Below are positions 1-10,390 of a DNA stretch of 64,000 nt, piece after piece. The translations under genes were made by a program, and so were the position numbers. The first letter of the stretch is position 1; every line of letters begins with the position of its first letter. Below the pieces are notes generated by a model. The model saw nothing but the letters and a program-made list of their open reading frames with translations, did no database searches and was not told where the DNA came from. Where the stretch lies: the NCBI GenBank assembly GCA_963662545.2, contig CAXXLL010000003.1, forward strand, positions 2,432,001 to 2,496,000, read 5' to 3'. Origin of the DNA: Gammaproteobacteria bacterium. GTDB taxonomy: Bacteria; Pseudomonadota; Gammaproteobacteria; Ga0077536.

Positions 1-333
1 GTTTTGGGTGATCACCCATAGGTCAAAATGCGCGTCCCATTGAGCAAGCAGATAATGACCGTTGTTGGGTTGCGCGCCACGACAGGCGTGTTCGATTTGG
101 GCGAGGTATTTCCAGGTCAACGCGGAATTACACGCAAAGGTATAGGCGTGCAGGATCTCTTCGATCGGCATCCCTTCCTCGACGCTCATATCGTTATACA
201 GGCCGCCGATACCGCGGTAAGTCGGTAGACCCGATTCTGCGGACATTCCCGCCCCGGTAATGACGGCGACACGCTTCGCGCTGCGCAGCGCTGTGGCAAT
301 CTGTTCGATGTTGCCGCGTTCGGGATTGCTCAC
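1..333 (-). CDS. cobB: NAD-dependent protein deacylase (sirtuin), runs off the window start
   Basis: Hand translation from GTG at 333 (RBS GAGGT upstream): VAVITGAGMSAESGLPTYRG...QPNNGH...VITQN, the Sir2 motifs; absent from the ORF track. Confidence 0.85.
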   Translation of the reverse strand, partial: MSNPERGNIEQIATALRSAKRVAVITGAGMSAESGLPTYRGIGGLYNDMSVEEGMPIEEILHAYTFACNSALTWKYLAQIEHACRGAQPNNGHYLLAQWDAHFDLWVITQN

Positions 334-580
334 GCGTTACCTCACTCGCTCAAGCCGCGGTTTCGGCTACGCTATCGGCACCGGCTGCCACCAGAGAATG
401 GCATTACGCGCCCGACCTCCCGAGGCGCCGGTCACGAGCGCTGTACGATGTTCCTAAGCACGGTTCAATACGGTGTCTTCAGGTATCGATTCGCCCGCAA
501 GCGGGCTCCTACGAGTGCCGGTGGTTTATATCCGGGGCATTGTTGTAGGACCCCGCCTGCGGGCGATTCATTCGTAACAC

Positions 581-2287
581 CTATTGGACCCGGGCCAGCG
601 GCCCCCGGACCAGGCGTCCTGGCAGGTTACCGCTGTGTTCATTATTTTCGAGCAGGATTTCGCCGTTGACGACGGTCGCGCTGATACCGGTCGCGGTCTG
701 TTTTAACCGGGGAGCTCCGGAAGGTAGATCGTTAAGTAGTTCCGGCATGTTCTGAACGATCGTGTCCGGATCGAACACGACGAGATCAGCGTTCATGCCT
801 TCACGGATCAGGCCGCGGTCATGGAGCCCCCACGCTGTGGATGTATCGTAGGTGATCAAACGCACCGCCTCTTCAAGCGTGAATTCCTGCCTGTCCCTGA
901 CCCAGTGACTCAGCAAATGCGTTTGCAGCGAAGAATCCATGATCTGGGCGACATGAGCGCCTGAATCGGAAAACGTCACGACGCTGCGCGGGTGCTTCAT
1001 CATCTCGAGAACGTGGTCCTGGTTCTCGTTTGCCAGCGGCTGGCGGAAGAACACCTCGAAATCGCGCTCGATGGCGATATCGATCATCGCTTCAACTGGA
1101 TGGACACCGCGAGCTCTCGCGACGTCCGCCATGACTTCCTCATCGCCGATATCATTAAATAAATATACCCAGTCCCATTCGGGCGGGCGCGGTTCCGCGC
1201 CGACGATGCGCGGACCTTCGTACGGACGGCTCGCCACTTCGACCAGCTTCCGTTTGAATTCAGGATCACGCAGCAGATCTTTTTGTTCATCGAGCGGCTT
1301 CACTCGAAGGTCGCGCCAGACGTCCCAATCATCGAACGGGATATGCGATTTGAACGACAACAAGGTCGAAATCGAACGGCTGTGCGACTGCAGAAACATA
1401 CGGCCGCCCGCATCTGCTACTTCATTGGCAAGTTCGTAAAATAGTGGCCAGACTTCGGGCGCAATGCGCATGCTCGGCATGCCGAAAGTCACCGGTCGTC
1501 CCGACTCGACGGCGAGGTTCTTGAGACGGTCGAAGTATTCCCGCTGCCGTTTGGGATTGCGACCGGGCGCCTCGCTGGCAATTTCGAAAATCCCGGCGCC
1601 AAGATCACCCATGGCGTTGACGATGGCCCGAACCTCTTCCCAGTCGGCGACGCGGCTCGCCACGGGTCGATCATCAGAGGTCAGATGGTTATAGGTACGC
1701 GAGGTCGAAAAGCCGATGGCGCCGGCCCGCACGGCATCCTGCACTTCGCGCTGCATGCGCTCCAGTTCGTCGGGCGTAGCCTGCTCAATGAAGGCGCGTT
1801 CACCCATGACGTAAGTCCTGAGCGCCGAGTGCCCGATGTATCCGCCGTAGTTGATACCCTTCGGCAGTGCGTCGATAACGTCGAGATACTCGGGGAAGGT
1901 CTCCCAACGCCATTCGATGCCCGCCAACATTGCGTCGCGCGACAGGTCTTCGGCGCGCTCCAGGTTGCGGAACACCAGATCCGCGTCCTGCTCGGCACAA
2001 GGTGCCAGAGTAAAGCCGCAGTTGCCCATGATGACGGTCGTCACGCCGTGGTAGCAGGAAGACGAACCCAGGGGATCCCAGAAAATCTGCGCATCCATGT
2101 GGGTGTGGCCATCGACGAATCCAGGAGTTACCACCTGCCCGTCCGCATCGATCGTGCGCCGGGCCCCGCCTTTGATGCGCCCGATATTGACGATCTTGCC
2201 ACCGGCGATACCGACGTCGGCGGGAAAGCGCGCGGCGCCGGAGCCGTCGATTACATAGCCGTTTTTGATGACGAGATCGTATTGCAT
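581..2287 (-). CDS. N-acyl-D-amino-acid deacylase family amidohydrolase
   Basis: 568 aa; PGFVDGHTHMD, GVTTVIMGNCG, RGLIREGMNADLVVFD. Confidence 0.85.
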   Translation of the reverse strand: MQYDLVIKNGYVIDGSGAARFPADVGIAGGKIVNIGRIKGGARRTIDADGQVVTPGFVDGHTHMDAQIFWDPLGSSSCYHGVTTVIMGNCGFTLAPCAEQDADLVFRNLERAEDLSRDAMLAGIEWRWETFPEYLDVIDALPKGINYGGYIGHSALRTYVMGERAFIEQATPDELERMQREVQDAVRAGAIGFSTSRTYNHLTSDDRPVASRVADWEEVRAIVNAMGDLGAGIFEIASEAPGRNPKRQREYFDRLKNLAVESGRPVTFGMPSMRIAPEVWPLFYELANEVADAGGRMFLQSHSRSISTLLSFKSHIPFDDWDVWRDLRVKPLDEQKDLLRDPEFKRKLVEVASRPYEGPRIVGAEPRPPEWDWVYLFNDIGDEEVMADVARARGVHPVEAMIDIAIERDFEVFFRQPLANENQDHVLEMMKHPRSVVTFSDSGAHVAQIMDSSLQTHLLSHWVRDRQEFTLEEAVRLITYDTSTAWGLHDRGLIREGMNADLVVFDPDTIVQNMPELLNDLPSGAPRLKQTATGISATVVNGEILLENNEHSGNLPGRLVRGPLARVQ

Positions 2288-2485
2288 TGGCGTTGCCGAC
2301 TAGGTCAGGGAGTCTTCGCAGAGTACCAAGGTTCCGGATTTTCGCAAATTACGGGCGTTGAGGACGGATCGCGATGTCGCAGCCGGACGACCGCGGGCTT
2401 GCGCGTTACGGCGGTTCCGCGTGCAATACGTGCGGAATACGGCGAAAATTCCCAGTGGACCATCCGACCCTTGAAGGTGAGGCAG

Positions 2486-3658
2486 ATGACGGCTTATTCG
2501 ATCATTGACGTCGACACCCATGTCACCGAGGCGCCCGATCTGTGGACGAGCCGGGTACCGGCGCACATGCGCGATGCCGTGCCGCAGATCCGGATCGACA
2601 AACGCGGCCGCAACATGTGGTACATCGGCGACCAAGTGATCGCCAAACTCGGGCTGAGCGCGACAGCCGGTGTCGGCGATATGAAGAAGCCACCCAACGG
2701 TTACGACGAAATGCATCCCGGCGCTTACGATGCCGATGCGCGGCTCGCGTACATGGACGAGATTGGGATCTGGGCGATGGTTATGTACCCCAACGTTGGT
2801 GGATTCGGTAATCAGGCATTCCTCAAACTCGGCGATGCCGAATTGATGTTGACCTGCGTTCAGGCTTACAACGACTGGCAGACGGAATGGTCGTCCGCCG
2901 ATCCGCGACGCTTGCTGCCGATTACATCGACGCCATTCTGGGACGTGGACGCAGCGGCCGCGGAAGTCCGTCGCTGCGCGGCGATGGGACACAAGGGCAT
3001 TCTGTTCACGGGCGAACCGCAATCTCTGGGACAACCCGTGCTCGGCGACCCGCATTGGAATCCCTTGTGGGAGGTGGCTGTCGAGTACGATCTGCCGATC
3101 AGTTTTCATATCGGTTCCGGCAATATGGAGAGCGGAATCAATCGTGAAAAGATAAAGATTTACGGGCGTATGGCGGCTTTTACCGAAGTGTCGGTGGAAG
3201 TCTTCATGCGCAACGGCGTCCACCTGAGCGATCTGCTGCTTTGCGGTGTGCTGGCTCGTTATCCGGACATCAAGTTTGTGTCCGTCGAGAGTGGCATCGG
3301 CTGGATCCCGTTCGTTCTGGAAGCCCTTGATTATCAGTTTACTGACAACCGCGTCGCCGAAGAACGGCCGGATCTGGACATGCTGCCGTCCGCATACTTT
3401 GCGCGTAACGTCTACGGGTGTTACTGGTTCGAACAGATCGCACCACGGCGCCTGATCGACAAGATCGGGGAGGACAACATTCTGTTCGAAACTGATTTCC
3501 CCCACCCGACGTCCTTGTTCGGAGAAGACGTACACGACCGCATCCGCACCGGTTTGAGCGAATGTGACGAGGGCGTGAAACACAAGATTCTTTGGGAGAA
3601 TGCGCGGCGCCTGTACAAGGTCGAACAACCCGAAGCTGCGGTACAGACCATTGACTGA
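2486..3658 (+). CDS. Amidohydrolase_2 family metal-dependent hydrolase
   Basis: ATG at 2486 inside the long ORF; IIDVDTHVTE, FHIG, VESGIGWIP, FETDFPHP, ENARRLY. Confidence 0.85.
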   Translation: MTAYSIIDVDTHVTEAPDLWTSRVPAHMRDAVPQIRIDKRGRNMWYIGDQVIAKLGLSATAGVGDMKKPPNGYDEMHPGAYDADARLAYMDEIGIWAMVMYPNVGGFGNQAFLKLGDAELMLTCVQAYNDWQTEWSSADPRRLLPITSTPFWDVDAAAAEVRRCAAMGHKGILFTGEPQSLGQPVLGDPHWNPLWEVAVEYDLPISFHIGSGNMESGINREKIKIYGRMAAFTEVSVEVFMRNGVHLSDLLLCGVLARYPDIKFVSVESGIGWIPFVLEALDYQFTDNRVAEERPDLDMLPSAYFARNVYGCYWFEQIAPRRLIDKIGEDNILFETDFPHPTSLFGEDVHDRIRTGLSECDEGVKHKILWENARRLYKVEQPEAAVQTID

Positions 3659-3669
3659 TCAGGCTCGAT

Positions 3670-3966
3670 ATGACCGAAATCCAGACCCCCTTCCTGGAAT
3701 TTCGCGAAATTCTTGCGCTTCATATCAAAGAAATTGAAGCACAGTATGTCGAACGCCATTCGATTGACTGGTATTTTTTAAGCTATCTGAAACGGGTATC
3801 GAAAAGCGCCATATCGACATCCTCCCCTCACGAAGTGAGCGGTGCCGTACGTGGTCTCACCCGATTTTACGTGGATTCAGTCGATGCGGGTTCGACCCTC
3901 GGCCGGCGCTTTGAAGAGGTCGTCAGTTTTCACCGACGCGCGGTCCGCCTCTATCGGCGTGAATGA
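3670..3966 (+). CDS. Hypothetical protein
   Basis: 98-aa ORF 11 bp after the previous gene; no recognisable motif. Confidence 0.5.
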   Translation: MTEIQTPFLEFREILALHIKEIEAQYVERHSIDWYFLSYLKRVSKSAISTSSPHEVSGAVRGLTRFYVDSVDAGSTLGRRFEEVVSFHRRAVRLYRRE

Positions 3967-4120
3967 CTGATCCTGTGTAGTGGGTGCTGAACCCCCACAC
4001 TATCAGTATCTTGCTCGGCCTGGGCATCGGGTTAAGCGCTAAGTCGACTGTTCGTGCGGGTTGTCCCTGCGATGGGAAAATCCCTATAATTTTTGCCATT
4101 CATCGGCCCGGGAGTTCGAG

Positions 4121-5944
4121 ATGAAACGACGGCTCACAGCGTTTTCGATTGCGCGTATCGCAGCCTTATCGATGGCCGTTAGTGCCGCCGCGGACGAGGC
4201 GTGGGAGGGCGATCTGTCGCCAATCGATCCGGCCGGCTGGAATCAGGCGACGGCGCGCCACCTGATTGAACGGGAGGGATTGGGCGGCACGCCCGCGGAT
4301 ATCGATGCGCTCGCCGCAATGACACCCACCCAAGCGGTTCGCCACATGGTTCACTTCGAGGGTGCGATACCTGCCGAACTGCAATCATTCGATCATTCCG
4401 GCATCTTCGAGGAAGGCCTCGATCCTTTTCCGCCGAGCCGGCCGGCAACCACGGCGCTGGCGCAAGAACACGGTGAAGCGCTCGGTATCAAGGTGAAGCC
4501 ATCGGGCAACCGTCCGATGCAGGCGATCGTCGACAAGTTCTTCTACTGGCTGCGCGCCAGCCGCCTGGAAACGGATCGGGTGGCGTACTGGTGGGCGAAC
4601 CGGATGCTGGTAACGCCTTATCCTCTGCAGGAAAAGACGGTACTGTTCTGGCACGGTCATTTCGCGACGAACGAGGACAAGATCCGCGATTACCGCAAGC
4701 TATTAAAGCAGCTCGAGCTGTTTCAACGCGAAGGACTGGGTAATTTCCACACCCTGTTGATCGGTGTCGCCCAGGATCCGGCCATGCTCGCGTTTCTCGA
4801 TGCCGGGGTCAACGTAAAAGGCTCGCCCAACGAGAACTTTGCGCGAGAGATCATGGAATTGTTCACCATGGGCGTCGGTAACTACACCGAGCGTGACATT
4901 CGTGAAGGTGCTCGTGCCTTTACCGGGTGGAATTAATCAGGGCTCGAATTCCGGGTCGACCCTGCCAAGCACGATGACGATGAAAAGGAATTTCTCGGCC
5001 GCAAGGGCGATTTCGACGGTATCGACGTCATCGACATCATTCTCGAACAGGAGGTCACGGCCGAGTTCATCGCGGCCAAGCTCTATCGCTTCTTCGTACG
5101 CGAAGACATCACGCCGGAATTCAAAGCACGTCTCGGTAAGCTGCTCAAGGACGCCGATTGCGAAATCGCGCCCTGGCTAGAAACCGTTTTTCTGTCGCGC
5201 GATTTCTACGCCGCATCTTCAATCGGCACACGGATCAAAAGCCCCGTCGAACTGGTCATTTCAACCTATCGCAAGCTTGGTCTGGACGTCGTACCGGGAG
5301 CGCCCGATTTCAACCTCGTCACTGGCGCCCTGGGACAGCGCCTGATGCATCCGCCCACGGTCGCGGGCTGGAGTTATGGCCGCAGCTGGATCACGCCGAG
5401 TCTGTTGATCGAACGGGGTAATTTTGCGCTGGACGTGGTGTTTCCCGATATCGTCTTCGTGCCCAATGACCGCTATCCGGAATACCCGAGCGGCCCCGAG
5501 ATACGGGCAGTCCACAGGCGTCTGCGCGATGGCGAAGACATCGCTTCGGCCACCCGCCCCGTCGATGCCGTCCAGGTCGACGGCATGATGTCGATGTCCA
5601 ACACCGTCGATCGCGATGAAGCCTTCAACACCCGCTACGGGAGCTACCGCGGCTGGCAAACTGCCATCGAACGCGTCAAGCCCATCGTGCGCCACCTGGC
5701 GAACTTCAACCTGGCGAAGATGGTGATGGCACGGGAACTGGCGACGCCCGTCGCGGTGGTGGACTATTTCATGCACCGGTTTTTCTCGGTCCCGCTGGAC
5801 TTAACGACCCAATCCATGCTCGCCGACGCGCTCGAGCATGATCTCGGCACAGGTGCGGTTTTGTCCGCGGAAACGTACATGGAAGGGCCCTTGCGGGTGT
5901 TGCTGCACCTGATGCTGAGCCGGCCCGAATATCAATTAGGCTGA
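4121..5944 (+). pseudogene. DUF1800 family protein interrupted by an in-frame TAA at 4934-4936
   Basis: LFWHGHFAT, PAMLAFLD, PNENFAREIMELFTMG, ARAFTGW before the stop; the same frame continues with IKSPVEL, PPTVAGW and ends SRPEYQLG. Confidence 0.8.
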
Positions 5945-5948
5945 CATC

Positions 5949-7157
5949 ATGTTGAATCGACGCACGCTTCTCAAACGTACCGCCCAGGGGCTTGGCGGCT
6001 TGGGTCTCTTCTCCGGCAGCCTTTTATCGCCAGTCGCGCGCGCCTTCGCGGCCGAGGCGGCACGCGAAGATCGGATCCTGGTCGTGTTCGAGCTATCCGG
6101 CGGCAACGATGGTCTGAATACGGTCGTCCCTTTCTCTGACGACACCTATTACCGACTACGACCGCAGATCGGCATCAGGCCGGCTGATTTACTGAAACTG
6201 GACGATGACTGGGGATTCAACCCCGGACTGTTGGGCCTCCAGCGCCTTTGGAATGACGGACAGCTCGCGATCGTACACGGCTGTGGTTACGAGCGGCCGT
6301 CTTTTTCACACTTCACGTCCATGGCTTACTGGCATACCGCCTCGCCTAACAGCGGTGACGAGTACGGCTGGTACGGGCGTCTGGCTGATGCGATGGCGAG
6401 TGAAGCGCGGGCGAATTTTCTGATCAACATCGACACCGCACAGTCCCTGGCGGTCAAGAGCCGTATTCATACGCCCGTGGTGTTCGACGATCCGGAGCGC
6501 TTCAAGCGCAATGCGCTTTTGCAGGAAAAAGCCATTCTCGATTACGTCGACGACCAGTTCGGAAAAAACGCAACCCTCGACTACCTCAACCTCGTCGCAC
6601 GCGGCGCGCGCGAAGCCTCTGCGCTGATTCGCCAGGCTTGGGCGAACTACCGCTCACCGATCGACTACGGCATCGCCCCATCTCAATTCCGCAAGGTGGC
6701 GGCGTGTATCGCCGCGGGCCTGCCCACCCGGCTCTACTACATTGCGTTTCCCAACAACGCTTTCGATACCCACGTGCAGCAACCCGATCTGCACCGGCGT
6801 CTGTTGAGCTATGCGAGCGACGCGGTACACGGTTTCCTGCACGATATGGAGCGCATCGGATACGCAGACCGCGTATGCGTCATGATGTTTTCGGAGTTCG
6901 GACGGCGTGCGCCGGAAAACGCGAATCTGGGCACCGATCACGGCGCCGCCAACCTAATGATGCTGGCGGGCAAAGCCGTGCACGGTGGCCATTACGGCGA
7001 GCCGCCGAGCCTGGTGGACCTGGATGACGGGGACAATCTGATCTACACGACGGATTTCCGGCGCGTCTACGCGACGGCTATCGACGGCTGGCTCAAAGTT
7101 GGCGCGGCAGACACCGTACTCAAAGGGCGGTTCGATCCGTTCCCGATCTTCGCCTGA
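5949..7157 (+). CDS. DUF1501 family Tat-exported protein
   Basis: NRRTLLK Tat signal, LSGGNDGLN, FDTH, SEFGRR, GTDHG, DFRRVYA; usual partner of DUF1800. Confidence 0.85.
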   Translation: MLNRRTLLKRTAQGLGGLGLFSGSLLSPVARAFAAEAAREDRILVVFELSGGNDGLNTVVPFSDDTYYRLRPQIGIRPADLLKLDDDWGFNPGLLGLQRLWNDGQLAIVHGCGYERPSFSHFTSMAYWHTASPNSGDEYGWYGRLADAMASEARANFLINIDTAQSLAVKSRIHTPVVFDDPERFKRNALLQEKAILDYVDDQFGKNATLDYLNLVARGAREASALIRQAWANYRSPIDYGIAPSQFRKVAACIAAGLPTRLYYIAFPNNAFDTHVQQPDLHRRLLSYASDAVHGFLHDMERIGYADRVCVMMFSEFGRRAPENANLGTDHGAANLMMLAGKAVHGGHYGEPPSLVDLDDGDNLIYTTDFRRVYATAIDGWLKVGAADTVLKGRFDPFPIFA

Positions 7158-7269
7158 GCGCTTGCGGTAAGGAGTTTGACCGGCGCGGCAAGGAACGGCA
7201 TGTCTCCTTGAACCGAAGATCCCCGGGATGTGTCCAAACCCCGCCTGAATCATCGGTAAATCCAAGCTC

Positions 7270-7977
7270 ATGACCCGCCAGGTTCTCATCGTCGTTCACC
7301 AGAAGGCGTCGAATCCAGGACGCATTGGCGAGTTTCTGGTCGAACGGGGTTACACCCTCGAGCAATGCTGCCCGAACCTCGGGGATCCCCTGCCGCAGGA
7401 TCTGGTGGGATACGCGGCCATCGTCGTCTTCGGCGGACCGCAGAGTGCAAACGACAACCACCTGCCCGGCATCCGGGCCGAGCTCGACTGGCTCGAAGCA
7501 CGCGCGGTGCCTAGCGGACGTCCTCTGCTCGGGATCTGCCTCGGCGCCCAGGAGATCGCCCGCGTGCTGGGCGCGCGGGTTGCACCGCACGACGAAGGCC
7601 TGGTCGAGATCGGATACTGTGAGGTGTCGCCGACCCCCGCAGGCGGCGAATTCCTGAAACGCCCGACGATGTTCTATCAGTGGCACACCGAGACCTTCGA
7701 CATTCCGGCAGGTGCCGTTCATCTGGCTGAAAGCGAGCGCTTCCCGGGCCAGGCTTTTTGTTACGACGGACATGTTTACGGTATCGAATTTCACCCCGAG
7801 ATGACCGGCGACATGATCGAACGCTGGTGCGCTACGAAGAAAGGCCGCCAGAGAATCAAACGGTACGGCGCGCAACCGCCCCAAGTTCAAATGGAAAACT
7901 ACCGGCGCTACGCCACCGAAACGGACCGGTGGCTCGGCTGGTTTCTCGACGAGCTGCTGCTGGCCGGCGCAGAGTAG
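7270..7977 (+). CDS. Class I glutamine amidotransferase domain protein
   Basis: GGPQSA, LGICLGAQ, FHPE triad motifs. Confidence 0.85.
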   Translation: MTRQVLIVVHQKASNPGRIGEFLVERGYTLEQCCPNLGDPLPQDLVGYAAIVVFGGPQSANDNHLPGIRAELDWLEARAVPSGRPLLGICLGAQEIARVLGARVAPHDEGLVEIGYCEVSPTPAGGEFLKRPTMFYQWHTETFDIPAGAVHLAESERFPGQAFCYDGHVYGIEFHPEMTGDMIERWCATKKGRQRIKRYGAQPPQVQMENYRRYATETDRWLGWFLDELLLAGAE

Positions 7978-8066
7978 ACGTCCGGCATACGGTCAGCTTG
8001 GCTTGGCCCGCACTGTTGAATGTCCGTGCCGGACTCAATCCAGTCCCCTATCGCATTCGATCCAGC

Positions 8067-9383
8067 TCAACTTTCAGCCGGCAGTACCGTGCCCTTGGCC
8101 TCCCCGAATCCGATACGCACCGCAGAGGCGGCCTCACACCAGGCACGCAGGATCACCGTATCACCGTCTTCGAGAAACGTACGTGTCTCTCCATTGTCGA
8201 GGGTGATCGACTGCTTCCCACCTTCGCTGAGCTCGAGCATCGATCCCGCTTCTTGGGGTTCGGGGCCCGATTGTGTACCGCTGCCGAACAGGTCCCCGAC
8301 CCGCAGCTGGCAGCCGTTGATCGTGTGGTGCGCCAGCATCTGCGCAACCGTCCAATAGGCATGCCGGTAATTGGATCTCGAAACGCGGCTTGGCGGCTGC
8401 GCCTTGTCGCGCATGCTTTCACTTTGCAGGGACACCGCGAGATTGATATCGAAAGCACCGGTAGTGCGATTCCGCGCCGAATCGAGATACGGCAGCGGCT
8501 GTGGATCGCTCACCGGCCGCGTCCACGATGTTCGAAACGGCGCGAGAGCCTCCAAGGTGACACACCAGGGTGACACCGTCGAGGCGAAACTCTTTGACAA
8601 AAAGGGGCCGAGGGGGCGGTATTCCCAGGCCTGGACGTCGCGTGCCGACCAATCGTTCAGCAGACACAAGCCGAACACGTAATCGTCGGCGTCGTCGAGC
8701 TTGATCGCGTGCCCCGGCTCATTGCCCTGCCCAATGTAGATACCGATCTCGAGCTCGTAATCGAGGCGTCGTGATGGGCCAACTACCGGTTGATCGGCAT
8801 CGGGCGCCTTGAGTTGTCCACGGGGCCGCTTGAATGCCTGCCCCGACACGTCGATTGAGGAGCTGCGTCCGTGGTAGGCGATGGGGATCCATTTGTAATT
8901 CGGCGGCAGCGGAACATCGGGGCGAAACAAGGCGCCTACGGCCATTGCGTGGTAGATGGACGTGAAGAAATCAGTGTAGTCGCCGATCGAAACAGGCAGA
9001 CCCAGTTCAACGGAATCTTGCGGCAGCAGGCACGAGGAGACCAGGTCGCGCGATGTGGAATCCGGTCTCAGCGCGCGCGATAGTGCGAGGCGCAGTTCCG
9101 ACCAGGTCTCCCTGCCCATGGCCATGAATTCGTTCAGTGCGGGCGCACCGCAGGCCATGGCGCCGCGGGCGGCCAGGCCGCTCAAGACATCGGTTGCGGA
9201 AAGCGCGGCGAGGTCGACGATCGCCTCTCCGATCGCAACACAGCCACGCAAGGCGTCCTTGCTCCCGCGCCGCCGGAAGACCGAGAACGGAAGATTCTGA
9301 ATCGGAAAATCCGCTTCATTCCGATTAGCGCTTTCCACCCAGCTTTCCAAAGCCGGATCATGCGTTTCATTCAATCCGGTCAT
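8067..9383 (-). CDS. fahA: Fumarylacetoacetase
   Basis: DFPIQNLPF, DYTDF, PIAYHGRSSSI, LDYELE, LLNDWSARDVQAWEY, GSGTQSG. Confidence 0.9.
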   Translation of the reverse strand: MTGLNETHDPALESWVESANRNEADFPIQNLPFSVFRRRGSKDALRGCVAIGEAIVDLAALSATDVLSGLAARGAMACGAPALNEFMAMGRETWSELRLALSRALRPDSTSRDLVSSCLLPQDSVELGLPVSIGDYTDFFTSIYHAMAVGALFRPDVPLPPNYKWIPIAYHGRSSSIDVSGQAFKRPRGQLKAPDADQPVVGPSRRLDYELEIGIYIGQGNEPGHAIKLDDADDYVFGLCLLNDWSARDVQAWEYRPLGPFLSKSFASTVSPWCVTLEALAPFRTSWTRPVSDPQPLPYLDSARNRTTGAFDINLAVSLQSESMRDKAQPPSRVSRSNYRHAYWTVAQMLAHHTINGCQLRVGDLFGSGTQSGPEPQEAGSMLELSEGGKQSITLDNGETRTFLEDGDTVILRAWCEAASAVRIGFGEAKGTVLPAES

Positions 9384-9396
9384 CGCGGGAACGCCT

Positions 9397-10359
9397 TCAT
9401 CGTCCGTCGCTGCCGGACGCCCCGGTCGCACGGTCATAGGCGAGCGCCGCCAGGGCCAGATCGCCCAGGGCCAGTCCGCGAAAAACGAAGGCCGTGCGTT
9501 CCTCTTCAGCGGTGCGGCCGGACACCGTCTGCGCTACGAGACCGGAAAGATCGCCATCGATCGTTTCGATGGGCATTAATGGCTGGTCACTCTTCAGTTC
9601 CTGCTCCATGTCGTCGATGAAGACGCGGTCGAACGCCGACATCCCACCCGGCTCCCAGGACATTGCCAGATCGGTGATGGCCGCAAAAGCACCGACGTCC
9701 AGCCAGTGCGCGTCTATAAATGGTTTCACATCGCGAGACAGGGTGACGGAACTTACGACGATATCGGCCCCGGCAAGTGCTTCCCTGGCGGACGTGCTCT
9801 TGACGGCTTCTAGACCCATTGCCGCCGCCGCGTTGCACAAGGCGTCGCGGTTTGCCTGGCCGCGTCCAAATGCACGCATTTCGCTCAACGGGAAAAGCTC
9901 TTTGAACAGGCGCAGATGACTGTGTGCCTGAACACCGCAGCCGATGAGCGCCAGAACCTTGGAGTCGAGTCGCGCGAGCCGCGTTGCGGCGACCGCGCTG
10001 AGTCCGGCAGTCCGCACGCCCGTGATCCAGTTGCCGTCCAGCACCGCGAGCGGGACGCCGGTGGTGCTGTCCGACAAGGTAACCGAGGCATTGATTCCCG
10101 GCATGCCGTGCGCGGCGTTGCCGGGGTTTACGATCAGCGATTTCATCACCATATAGGGCGGGTCGTCGGCGACGGCCAGGGTTCCCATGACGTAGCGGCC
10201 ATCCGGCGGGAGTATCACGGCCTTCGGTGCGTTCCAGACTTCGGCCCGTGCCTGGCCACCTATGAGGTGCTCGATACTTGCAATGACGTCCTGCGCGGTG
10301 ATTCCCAGCACATCCAGACTCGCACCTGACAGGTAAAGCGGTGCCCCAGTGTCGTCCAC
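9397..10359 (-). CDS. Ornithine cyclodeaminase/mu-crystallin family protein
   Basis: ITGVRTAGLS, IGCGVQA, FRGLALGDLA; GTG start at 10359 inferred. Confidence 0.8.
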   Translation of the reverse strand: MDDTGAPLYLSGASLDVLGITAQDVIASIEHLIGGQARAEVWNAPKAVILPPDGRYVMGTLAVADDPPYMVMKSLIVNPGNAAHGMPGINASVTLSDSTTGVPLAVLDGNWITGVRTAGLSAVAATRLARLDSKVLALIGCGVQAHSHLRLFKELFPLSEMRAFGRGQANRDALCNAAAAMGLEAVKSTSAREALAGADIVVSSVTLSRDVKPFIDAHWLDVGAFAAITDLAMSWEPGGMSAFDRVFIDDMEQELKSDQPLMPIETIDGDLSGLVAQTVSGRTAEEERTAFVFRGLALGDLALAALAYDRATGASGSDGR

Positions 10360-10390
10360 GGTGACGCGGATTCCGTCGGGTAAGGTGAGT

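Noticed and set aside
1685-2485. N-terminal extension of the 657-aa ORF (also the extensions of ORFs 16199+, 9397-10722, 42870-43865 and 52388-53356)
   Set aside because: They overlap real genes or intergenic DNA; family homology starts at internal start codons
2300-3628. Long antisense ORFs (also 25772-26893, 39350-40399, 63142-63960, 56041-56745)
   Set aside because: Shadow frames of GC-rich genes with no motifs
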